Of a stretch of DNA of 64,000 nt, positions 9,392 through 19,646 are shown piece by piece. Below the pieces are notes generated by a model that was given only the letters and a program-made list of their open reading frames with translations, did no database searches and was not told where the DNA came from. The position numbers were made by a program, and so were the translations under genes. The DNA is from Paraphysomonas bandaiensis. Lineage: Eukaryota > Protista > Chrysophyceae. The DNA lies in the NCBI GenBank assembly GCA_965644295.1, contig CBFFRP010000152.1:1-64000 (forward strand), read 5' to 3'. The stretch's first letter is position 1. Every line of letters starts with the position of its first letter.

Positions 9392-12085
9392 ATGCTTACA
9401 CTTACATGCATTCTTTTGCTTATATCGGCAGCCAGGGCATCTGCCAGTGCTTCATTTAAAGTTGATTCATCATTCAGAAATCTGGGAGATACATTGCAAA
9501 TATCTTACGTGAATTATTTTGCAGCATCGAATGAAGACTGGTTCTATTTAGTTCCGAAGAGTTATGGGGGAACACTGAGGGATTATTGGCGACAGGATGT
9601 TGATGCATCATGGGACGCGGAAGGATATACATGGTCGTATGTAGATCACTATAATGTAGACGTAGGATCTGTTCTGCTTACGCTCAACCCACAGTATCTA
9701 CAGAATGGAGAGTACAATCTGTATTACTTGGCAATCGATGGGTTTGATCTGCACATCTCCCCTTCTATCACTATAGTTATTGGGGACAACTGCTATGACT
9801 GGATCGATAAACGCAGTGGGGTAACTAGTGGCAAAACAACCAATCGATGTGACGCCGCTTATGGCCGATTTCGCTTCTCTCTTAACCGATTGGAAAAAAC
9901 ACCATGCATATCTACTGATGATTGTGCAGATAAATGTTGTTTCCATTTTCACTATGTAGAGGTTGTACGCACACATATAAGCAAAGACGGAGTATTCGGG
10001 GAGCTTTATGTTGATGGCATAGAACAAGTGAAGACTCTAGAAAATATCGATCATGTTATTCCAGCTGGAACATACTCTGGTACGTTTCGACGGTACAATA
10101 AGCGTGGCTACGTTACTCCTTTTGTTCTCGGGGTCCCGATCAAAGATCCTTGGATTTTATTCCATACTGGTAACTACCAGATAGATTCTAAAGGGTGTTT
10201 CTTAGTTGGGCTTACACATTCAATAGTTTCTTCAAAACCAAAAGCTGTCGTAAATTCACGTAAGGCAATGAAAAAACTCATGTCTGTGTTAGATTATTCG
10301 CAGTTGGAGTTATCAGGGGAGATTACTCAAACACCAAAACAGGATTTATTTTATGTTGACTTTAATATGTGCAATATCGAACCATTTATTATGAATGACT
10401 ACTCTGGTTTGACTGTACATCCACTTGTGATAACAGTTACATCAACATCAGAATTTGATGAAGCGAAGAAACGTTTTCTCACCCAACATACACCTCTAGG
10501 CGAATTTATAAGTAACGAGGAGGACTATAATGTTACCACTAAGTATATCGAATTCCTGGTGGAACATCCTTACGACAGATTCTACAGTTTTGTAAATGTA
10601 ACATACATTCGAATTGAAATTCAAATGAGAATTCGAAACGTTTTCAGTACTCGTGCAATTACAGTGTTCCCATCATTTGAGGGGTATTCAATGGACCCTA
10701 ATTGTGACTATTGCTCAACGCTCTATCTTCAAATTGCCATACATGGCCCTCTTGACAACACTGAGTGGGATCTTATTAAAAGTAGTATTACAGAGACACC
10801 CTTATGTTTGAACCAAACTCAGAGTACCTGCACAAACATATCTGCTGAGACATGTACGACTTGTCGAGATAACACCACATGCACAGAGGACTTCACATGT
10901 GATACACCTGATACAGGTAACTATTCCTCATCAGCTATTTACTTGTATCTGGAGGCAAAGTATTCTTCCAATTGGGACGGTGCTAATTTATTCATGAAAT
11001 CTCCTGAAGGGGACATTGTATTGTCAATGGCGCCTTCGAATGCAACAAAAAATCCTTTCCAGACGAATGTTTTTCCCACTGTTAGCGGAATGTACGAATT
11101 TGGAACGTATTTTCCAGAAGGTGAACCAGAATTTATCGATGCTTGCACGGTATGTAATGTCAGTTTCTGCCTTCGCATTGTTATGATATATATGTCTTTA
11201 ATATATAATATACGGATTGTGCAGATATACTGGATTGTTTCCTACAACAGCAGAAGTAATACTAGTTCCTTCTATGGAAGCATCAACTCGTCGGTACTGC
11301 TGCATTACAATGCAGACAAAGAGGTATGGTCGTTTGAAAGAGATTCAAATATTCTATCAGAAGAGGACTTGCTGGACTATTGTGTTCCCACGCATTTTCC
11401 TTCTGGACAACCCAGTGGTCTTCCAAGCAGTTCTCCCACATCCCCTTCGATGAGTCCATCTTCACATCCTTCATTGAATCCAACGACACTGCCAACTTCC
11501 ATTCCTTCATTTCTTCCGACAGCTCCAACTTTCTCTCCAACGACTTTTTGGGACAGTAACATCTTGTCTGCTCCAGAGGACATGGTATTATTTTCAGTTG
11601 TGACCCCACGGAGAGCTACTGGTGGCGAAATGTGTGCAACACCAATTAATTTTTTCAAATTGAGGATTGATAACGGTGCGTTATTTCCCACTTCCGGGTA
11701 TCTAAGCGGCGTTGTGTCAATTAAACATATCAAAGGAGGCTTTCGCCGGGCAGATATGTCTCTGAGATTAGCACTATATCGCACGAGTAATTCGACAATA
11801 GTCTTTTCCACCACGAATAATCTTTTGGAAGGTTCATCATTCCATAAAATTACAGGCGATCCTTACGCTGATGACCACAAGCATTGGGCTGTGGGTAAGG
11901 CAGATTATAAATTACTCATAAGGCTGCCATACTATGGTTTGGTAGACGACGGTGGGAACCAATTTCATTTCCCCATTGCCAGTGATTATACTTTGGAAAT
12001 TGACCTCAAAGTGTTGGGAAGAAGTGCCGGAGAAAGTGATATAGTTCACAGCTGTGTACGCATTACTGGAGTGTCTTTGTTCTAA
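9392..12085 (+). CDS. Secreted multidomain protein with DUF5675-like domain, Cys-rich segment and PS/PT repeats
   Basis: Signal peptide MLTLTCILLLISAARASA. GVFGELYVDG..KTLE..IPAGTY..ILFHTGNYQIDSKGCFLVG matches the DUF5675 pattern. PSxxP/PT linker. Probable in-frame intron at 11150-11224. Confidence 0.8.
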   Translation: MLTLTCILLLISAARASASASFKVDSSFRNLGDTLQISYVNYFAASNEDWFYLVPKSYGGTLRDYWRQDVDASWDAEGYTWSYVDHYNVDVGSVLLTLNPQYLQNGEYNLYYLAIDGFDLHISPSITIVIGDNCYDWIDKRSGVTSGKTTNRCDAAYGRFRFSLNRLEKTPCISTDDCADKCCFHFHYVEVVRTHISKDGVFGELYVDGIEQVKTLENIDHVIPAGTYSGTFRRYNKRGYVTPFVLGVPIKDPWILFHTGNYQIDSKGCFLVGLTHSIVSSKPKAVVNSRKAMKKLMSVLDYSQLELSGEITQTPKQDLFYVDFNMCNIEPFIMNDYSGLTVHPLVITVTSTSEFDEAKKRFLTQHTPLGEFISNEEDYNVTTKYIEFLVEHPYDRFYSFVNVTYIRIEIQMRIRNVFSTRAITVFPSFEGYSMDPNCDYCSTLYLQIAIHGPLDNTEWDLIKSSITETPLCLNQTQSTCTNISAETCTTCRDNTTCTEDFTCDTPDTGNYSSSAIYLYLEAKYSSNWDGANLFMKSPEGDIVLSMAPSNATKNPFQTNVFPTVSGMYEFGTYFPEGEPEFIDACTVCNVSFCLRIVMIYMSLIYNIRIVQIYWIVSYNSRSNTSSFYGSINSSVLLHYNADKEVWSFERDSNILSEEDLLDYCVPTHFPSGQPSGLPSSSPTSPSMSPSSHPSLNPTTLPTSIPSFLPTAPTFSPTTFWDSNILSAPEDMVLFSVVTPRRATGGEMCATPINFFKLRIDNGALFPTSGYLSGVVSIKHIKGGFRRADMSLRLALYRTSNSTIVFSTTNNLLEGSSFHKITGDPYADDHKHWAVGKADYKLLIRLPYYGLVDDGGNQFHFPIASDYTLEIDLKVLGRSAGESDIVHSCVRITGVSLF

Positions 12086-13192
12086 ACTGTGTAACTTTAT
12101 ATTAAGCAGAGTTAATGGTTTTGTTAAGTAACAATTTTGGAAAGTATTGAACAGTATAGATATAATGTAGTATAAGTTTGAGTTGTAGTTAGGGGTTTTA
12201 CAGTTTGGTTTAATGGATATTGATATGTATGACACTTTGGTAAATTGTTGACTGTAACAACATCACTGAAACAACAATTTAGGCAATATCACTGGTGTGT
12301 ATGCTTTTCTGTAGTATCTTTATTCTAATATATGCAGCGCTATTGACGCATTGCTAATGTTCATGCTAAGTAACACTTATGGAAAAAGTATTGAGAAATA
12401 TTTAAAGTAGCACGGTAAAGTTTTGAAGACAGAAAAGTCGTTGTCAGAGTTATCCTCTTTTGCCTTGATGGAATATTGACACGTATGGTGTTCCGAGCGT
12501 CTTGGTGAATGAATAATTGTTGTTTACCATGATATCCGCGATGCATAACAACATCGAAAAACCAACTTGGACAATACTACATATACTGTCTGTAATTGGC
12601 CTTGTGCTGATAAATGTGATTTCTAGGTAGTAATTTAATCGTATCGATTCACTTCTTTTTTGAGAGAGTTTAGTAGTCTAGAGTCTAGAGAATTATATCA
12701 GAGTGGATTGAATAATTCTTCATCGCAGTGAAGCAAATAACTATATTAACAGCACACCTCTGGTGCTCGCAGTAATGCACATGAAGACTCTCGTAGCATT
12801 TTACTTAGTTAGATAGTTGAGAATGTTAGAGTTATTACTTTTCGATGTCAACAGTGCAAAACATTATATGCTATAATCAGATTTTCAATATATGTACGAG
12901 GTTCGACTGATTATTAATTAACTTAAATTATCTATTAGCTACTCACTCTCACAAATGTCAGCAACCATTTTTACACTGAATAAATTTACGTATTTCAAAA
13001 CAAATAATAAATCGCGCTTGTCGTTTACATTTGTCCGCTCATTAGAGGAAACTGACACTGTAAGAACGCAATCCATATTCTAATTTATTCTAATTCTAAT
13101 GTCTTTATCAAATGCTTACAACCAGAGCGGCTTAAATTAGAATAAACTCTACCGCCACAATAAGACATACAAACATCAAAAATAGCTGCGTT

Positions 13193-14026
13193 TTATCCAC
13201 TAAGGAGTTGGCCTGACGTAAATCTTTCGAGGATTCGGGTTCTCATATCAGCATATTCAGCTTCCGTTATCAAACTATTGGATAGTGCATCCTCCAACTG
13301 ATGCAAGACCCCTGAAAGACTATTCCTCTGTTCACTATCTACACCCACCACTACAGCAGTAGTAGGAGCAGAAGCCTCGTCTCCTCTTGCAGTCTCCTCT
13401 GCTGTGGCTTCGTGAATAATGACAGCCTCGGCTTCGTGCAAGGGGCTGTGACTGGCACTCTCCGTTAGCGGCGCGGGTTGGGCCACACTTGCACTGGGAG
13501 CATTTAAATTGTCGATAGCGCGATTCTTACATAGCGAAGAAGAATCGGGTGGCGATGATATCATAAAATCAGTCAATTCACCATGCAGCCTGTGCATGCT
13601 CTCATTCTGTTTACCAGGTACCAAACATTTGCCGGGTGGTTTCATGTCAAATTCAGAATCGGACATCGTTTGTGGGATTTCGCATCTCGATTCAACACCA
13701 TCGATCGCTATAGAGAGTGACCGGCGGGTCTTTTCAATTCTTACATCATGCCAATGCCCAATACGCAGTGGAATACTTTTTACCCAACCTTGATTCTGAC
13801 TAGACCCATCTGGTGTTCCACTTATTCCACGCCCATGTGGCCCTTTTCCAGATACTGTGTATATGTAGAAACCCATCCTTCCTTGGTCGCTACCATAAAC
13901 AGGACCAAGTCCATGACACTGCAGTGCGTTGTTTTCAGTCGTCACACACATAGGATACGAATTAGAAAAATTATCAAAACGTACACGAAAAGTTATAATA
14001 AAACAATCACATGGTAAAGTATACAT
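13193..14026 (-). CDS. ConA-like/laminin-G-like domain protein with C-terminal SHOCT-like motif
   Basis: IGHWHDVRIEKTRRSLSIAIDG and LHGELTDFMI are LamG-like; LHQLEDALSNSLITEAEYADMRTRIL is SHOCT-like; intronless. Confidence 0.65.
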   Translation of the reverse strand: MYTLPCDCFIITFRVRFDNFSNSYPMCVTTENNALQCHGLGPVYGSDQGRMGFYIYTVSGKGPHGRGISGTPDGSSQNQGWVKSIPLRIGHWHDVRIEKTRRSLSIAIDGVESRCEIPQTMSDSEFDMKPPGKCLVPGKQNESMHRLHGELTDFMISSPPDSSSLCKNRAIDNLNAPSASVAQPAPLTESASHSPLHEAEAVIIHEATAEETARGDEASAPTTAVVVGVDSEQRNSLSGVLHQLEDALSNSLITEAEYADMRTRILERFTSGQLLSG

Positions 14027-14127
14027 AATAAAAGTGTATAATTAATGAGATCGAGATAGCACAGCAGGAGTCGACAACACACTGAATAGATTGAGAGAGT
14101 GATACATACATACATACATACATACAT

Positions 14128-14278
14128 CGTATCGGCATCCTTTGTTTATTTTTGTTCCAAGATGCCTCTAATATTGAGACAACAATTATCTGTATTCTAG
14201 CTGTAGTTGTATGTTAGTAATATAGAATATATTTGATTCAATTAATTTCCGAAAAATAAGATGCTGACTGCCGATTCG
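14128..14278 (+). mobile_element. CGTATC-MITE copy 4, AT TSD
   Basis: at|cgtatcggca...tgccgattcg|at, inserted at the end of a (CATA)n run. Confidence 0.88.
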
Positions 14279-14763
14279 ATAGCAGGTGTGTCGAAAAAAG
14301 TCCCTGTATTTGTCCATTTACTGGAATTTTGGAAAAATGTTCTAAAACGCAGAAATTGCTGGAAAAATCCAGTTATGTATATGCATTAATACACGTATAC
14401 TAAAAATGGCAATACGGTATACTGTAGTTCGGTAGGCATTTGCCGGATACCAACAGCAGGGCTTTCTCAGCCAGTGGGATTTCTCAAAAATCCAGCTCAA
14501 AAATCCATTAAAATCAAAGCCTTTCTACACTTTTTTCTATCTTTTCTAGGGTAGGTGGGTCGAAATACTCAGTTTCTAAACACTGAATTCTGAAAACCAG
14601 GGTTTCTGTGTTTATAGAGGGTGAGGTTTCCACCACAAGAATGAACTGAACTCCACACATATAAAAGTACTTAACACCCCATATATATATACATATACAG
14701 ATATATATACATATTACAAAACCATTACAATTACATATAGTTTTAGATAGTTATTTAATTAAA

Positions 14764-15216
14764 ATGTTTCGAAGTATTGGTCGTATTAATGCATTGAGAT
14801 GTCTGAAGTCACCTCAATCAATCAGATCAGTGTCCAGTACAGTTCATATACATGGATTACCTGTGACTGTTCAAAGGGAGGAATTACAGACTGTTTGCGG
14901 AGAATTTGGAACAATCATTACATGTATGCGGATAGTTACTATCATATAACGGGTCTCATGTACTCTTCTATAGTATTTTTTGTGCAGGCTAGATCTGGAA
15001 AACACTCTATTGCTACTTTAACATTTAAACATATCGAGTCGGCGATTGCAATCGTGGATGAGCTTCATGATTCGGTAACATTTTTTTTGTTATCGTGTTT
15101 TGTATCCTAATTTTCTGGTGTAGTTTTTATGGGGCAGGAAAGTCAAAGTAATTTTCTCGAAGAAAATTGAACTTCAGTCGAATCGAAAATTGAGTCAAAG
15201 TCATAACAGAAAATGA
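14764..15216 (+). CDS. Small RRM protein with mitochondrial-type presequence (3 exons)
   Basis: VHIHGLP (RNP2), EFGTI, IATLTF (RNP1), LHDSFLWGRKVKVIFS after two GT-AG introns; Arg/Ser-rich N-terminus. Confidence 0.75.
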
Positions 15217-15985
15217 AATATTGAAGATGCTGAAGCATAAGTAAATTTAGGTGTTGGATCGACGAGAGTTATGTTTATAGTAATAATGAGTTTAAAGTCG
15301 TGTCCCTGTAGCGAAATGTGCGTCTGTTGTTACTATTTGGCGAAAGTTCTAGCATGATGTCTAGACGCAGTGCATAGTGAACAATCAGCATGATAGTGAG
15401 CACGTACACAGGTGTATTCAATTTCACAACTATTATTGTCTCTACTTCATTATTCTATAGTCTATAGTCACAGATATCTCACAATATATTATTTCTGCAT
15501 CAAATAATCTCTGTGTCTCAGCCATAAGCATTGATATATAAGATTTTCCACATTGTGCTGCATTACTTTCATATCAGAGTAGATAGAAAATAGAAATAGG
15601 AAGCCCAGATAGGAAGTAGTATGATGCACTAAGGAGCATACTGGTTAGAATGTCAATCTAGTGTCTAGTATAAGAAAAAAGGTTATAGGGAGAATGCGAT
15701 AAAGCTGCATTTGGAAACAACAATATTTCTGCACAATACAATATATCATTTTGGTTGACTCCACTATTGTACTCCACATGAAGTCAGGGATGGTTTTAAA
15801 AGTTGTAATGAGTTATATTATTGAATCTGCTTGAAGAGTAACACCACTAAATATGACAAACTATATGAATCTGTTTGTGCAGAAGACATTTCTTTTTCCA
15901 ATTGCTAAACGTGCAATGACACCGCGCACTTCATATTCACACTCTGATATCATAGTGACTGGTGTACTATTCGCTACAAACTTAA

Positions 15986-16590
15986 CTATATTATTGGAGA
16001 TCCACTATCTCTTGGTTCTAATAAACTACGCTTCAATGCTGATGAGGTAACACTATAGTCAGAGAGCTTTCTATCATGAAAGTCTCGCATGAATTGGTAC
16101 TGCTGAAAGATACCACACGGACAACAACAACCCTTGAGCACTTCTACGAGCCCCCCTTCAATATTAAACTGGTCCATTATTCTTCCTCGTTGGCAGAGAA
16201 CACAACAGCCCAGAAAAGGAGACAATGGTGCAGGAAGACATAAATTTAGCAAAGCACTGCTAGAACAGATAAAAATGCCAGTAGGCCCCAGGCCGGAAAA
16301 ACAGCAATATCTTAGGCCTTCTTCGTTGTCTAATATGGACTGCGTTTGACCAAGCAAAACACATGGGCACATGACAGCAAGTGGAAAAAAAGTTGGGTAG
16401 CATCTTGATTCGCCTGTATAGACAGCATTAGGTCATATATCTACCTAATAAGATATATATACATGTATATATAATATTGCATACATAGAGCCGTATATAT
16501 AGCTGTATATATAACATAAATACCTGTTACAGCATCCGTATATTCTGATATTTCAAATAGGTCATTCACCCATTGTTCGTGCCCGTCCAT
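15986..16590 (-). CDS. PLAC8 family Cys-rich protein (2 exons)
   Basis: CPCVLLGQ, QRGRIMDQFNIEG and GCCCPCGIFQ motifs; ATG at 16590 (MDGHEQWVNDLF). Confidence 0.85.
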
Positions 16591-16810
16591 TATGGCTCTT
16601 AATAAACACTACAGGTATATATATATGATACTTAACACACTGTGTATAATAGCTCAGTAGGATACTGTATAATGCATATCAAATACAAGGAATTATTTAA
16701 TAAGTATCAATAAGCACTTTGTTACATTAAATTGTTCTTAGTTCATGTCTACACAGTGTGTTCGAGGCATAAGATAGAGCAGGAGGGGCTGGTATAGTAT
16801 GCAATAACTG

Positions 16811-16961
16811 CGCATCGGGGTTCAGCATGATATTTTTCGGAAATAAATTGAAGCAAAATTACTCTATATTACTGATATACATCTACGGCTGTAATACAGA
16901 CAATTATTGTCTCAATATTAGAGGCATATTGGAACAAAAATATACAAAGGATGTCGATATG
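16811..16961 (-). mobile_element. CGTATC-MITE copy 5 (inverted), TG TSD
   Basis: tg|cgcatcgg...gtcgatatg|tg; the reverse complement aligns to the family. Confidence 0.82.
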
Positions 16962-17159
16962 TGTTTGTGCATATTTTAGGTATGCAACACGCTTTACGAT
17001 ATACTCTATATACAATCCTACAGTACAAACTAGTGGAAGACACAACAAGACTGATAAACCCTGATTTCTATACTTTCCAGAAAACAAAACTAGGGTTTAT
17101 ATGTACAGTATGTGTGATGTACACAGTACATATGTATTTATATATACTGTATGTACTGC

Positions 17160-17237
17160 AGGTAGGTAGGTAGGTACGGTACAGTATGTAGGTAGGCAGG
17201 TAGGTAGGTAGGCAGGTAGGTAGGTAGGTAGGTAGGT
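17160..17237. repeat. Imperfect (GGTA)n microsatellite
   Basis: Direct reading. Confidence 0.9.
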
Positions 17238-17332
17238 ACCTATGCAGCCATATCATGCTATTCTATTGTTATACTATATCACTCATATATATCACACACA
17301 AACCACAACTCAACAAACCTCGAATAACCACA

Positions 17333-18013
17333 ATGGGAAACTGTTGTAATAAACCATCTACCTCCACTCCTCCCACTAATCAAAACACCGACCCAGCTCC
17401 TCATACAACAACTAACAACACTACTAACAATACAACAGCTACTAGTACTACTAAGATAACTAATCGGGCATGTTTTGGTGCAGGATGTTACTGGGGTACT
17501 GAAAAGTTTTTTAAAATTGATTTTGGTAGAAAACGATATCCAGAGAGTTTAATTAAAGGTGATGTGGGGTTTATGGGTCCACCTGGAGCTCAGCCTAATC
17601 CCTCATATAGAGAGGTATGTGAGGGCACAACAGGACATGTAGAAGTATTTGATATGGAATACTCTGGTGGAGAGATAGGAATGGAGAAAATGTATGAAGA
17701 GTTAGTTCGTTTCTTTTTTCAATTTCATGATCCTACTACCTTAAACCGGCAAAGAAATGATAAGGGGACACAGTATGCATCTGTTATATACTGTTATGAT
17801 TCAGTTCAAAAAGAAATTGCCACCCGTGTTAAGAATGAACTACAGGCTCTCATAGATGATGGAAAGGTATCGTGCTTCTCAGAGAAAACTGTGACGACTG
17901 CAATCAAAGATGCGACCGAATTCTTTCCTGCGCATGCGGAGCACCAGGAATATCTGATGAAAAACCCAAAAGGGTATTGCAACCACAAAATCAGATTTGC
18001 GGATTGGCCATAG
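17333..18013 (+). CDS. msrA: Peptide methionine sulfoxide reductase A with MGNCC N-terminus
   Basis: FGAGCYWGTE, PSYREVCEGTTGHVE, HDPTTLNRQ.ND.GTQY, AEHQEYL.KNPKGYC. Confidence 0.95.
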   Translation: MGNCCNKPSTSTPPTNQNTDPAPHTTTNNTTNNTTATSTTKITNRACFGAGCYWGTEKFFKIDFGRKRYPESLIKGDVGFMGPPGAQPNPSYREVCEGTTGHVEVFDMEYSGGEIGMEKMYEELVRFFFQFHDPTTLNRQRNDKGTQYASVIYCYDSVQKEIATRVKNELQALIDDGKVSCFSEKTVTTAIKDATEFFPAHAEHQEYLMKNPKGYCNHKIRFADWP

Positions 18014-18389
18014 TTGTTTTAACCTAGGGAGTGTAAGGAGCTATATATTTGCTGTTTTCGCAACAGCGGCAATCTGTTATGCATGCATGGAGTCCTTTCT
18101 ACTTATGTGATGTTATTATTACAGCTTGTCGCCTTCGAAAGTTTTGATATGATAGTTGAGTACCATGTTGCTAAATATAAATTTCTTTATGTTCAGTATG
18201 TATGGACTTTTGCTGGAATGAATTCCTAACAGGAATTAGGTGAATTGTGCTGTTGTGGTAGTCCCTGGCTAAGTGTATTCGATAATCCAAACCACCTCTA
18301 AGAGGTGGAACCACAAAATTCTGTATAAGACAATGTGGCACATGATAAGCGAAATCACACAAATGTATTGTGAATATAAGGGAAATATT

Positions 18390-18602
18390 ATTCAACTTAG
18401 TCAAATTGGTAGATATACCTAGGCACACTAATTTTGGTGCAATAATTGCATTCAGTAATTGATGAATAGGTAAATATGATAAACACCTAAACATTGTTTA
18501 CTGTTTACTATAAATATGAATTATTTGATGACTAGATATTTAATGACTAGGCTTGGTGTGGCTAGGAATTTCCACCAAATTGACTAGGTCGAATAATAGA
18601 TT
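18390..18602. repeat. Degenerate inverted-repeat element with GACTAG motifs, related to 33866-34030
   Basis: 18536-18600 matches the reverse complement of 33868-33965; 18393-18437 is an inverted copy of 18553-18592. Confidence 0.55.
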
Positions 18603-18644
18603 TTTGAACAATATTTGCCATTAATCTAACCCTTCAATTATATT

Positions 18645-18730
18645 AACACTTACTTCTATTCACACTTAGTAACACTATTATACTTAGTAACAATTACTTC
18701 TATTTACACATAGTAACACTATTATACTTA
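18645..18730. repeat. Tandem duplication of a ~43-bp unit (2 copies)
   Basis: ttacttctatt(c/t)acac..agtaacactattatactta appears twice. Confidence 0.7.
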
Positions 18731-19385
18731 CGACTCATACTTTCATATGTTTCATATGTATCATTCCTTTTCATCAATATATTAATTTCGTAGTAATATC
18801 TCACTTTCTATCACTCACATTCAGGTCTCCAATATTAAAGTATGGGGAAACATGGGTAATAGATTTGTATATTAAGAGTATGCAATAGTACAGTAAGTAA
18901 AAATGTAAATAGAATTGTTATTAATCACTCTTCTTACTAAACAATACATTCTTATTATAGAATCTCACGAGCTATATAACATTAATTCCACTCAGTCGCC
19001 TACTTCAGTAATAGAATCTCTCTATTACTGCATGTATATATTGACTGCAACTACATAGATATGACAAAGATCTTTATATCTATGATACACTGTACTACCA
19101 AACGATTACAACATCACGATCTTGAAGATCCACAACCGGAGAACATTCCATAGGGTTCTATAGCATGTAATAAACACACGTATTTAAGGCACATTCCGTT
19201 ACATGTATACATAAGTAAGTTGAACTCACCATTTATTTTATAGAGATTTAACTCAACTGCAAGTTGAAGAGACCAACAAGATGTTCAACATACAAGCAGA
19301 GGATAGTGTCCTACTGCTGTATATACAACACTGTATAGGTAGCTTATGTATGGATATCTCTGTAGAGCATACTGTATACTGTTAT

Positions 19386-19536
19386 CGTATCAACATCCTT
19401 TGTATATTTTTGTTCAAAGATGCCTCTAATATTGAGATAATAATTATCTGTATTCCAGCCGTAGTTGTATCTCAGTTATATAGAGTAATTTTGCTTCAAT
19501 TTATTCCCGAAAAAGGAGATGCTGACTGCGGATAAG
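19386..19536 (+). mobile_element. CGTATC-MITE copy 6, AT TSD
   Basis: at|cgtatcaaca...tgcggataag|at. Confidence 0.85.
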
Positions 19537-19646
19537 ATGATGTTCTTATGTATATGTACATGACTTTTATATGAATATTTACGTTAACTTTCATATATAT
19601 ACACACATCTCTTCCTCTACCATATTCTACATATAACTCTATATAA

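Noticed and set aside
12363-12580. Coding-like stretch with several stops (MLSNTYGKSIEKYLK*...)
   Set aside because: Too short and degenerate to assign.
17057-17098. aaaccct...agggttt telo-box or mini-hairpin
   Set aside because: A 7-bp match only; not distinguishable from chance.
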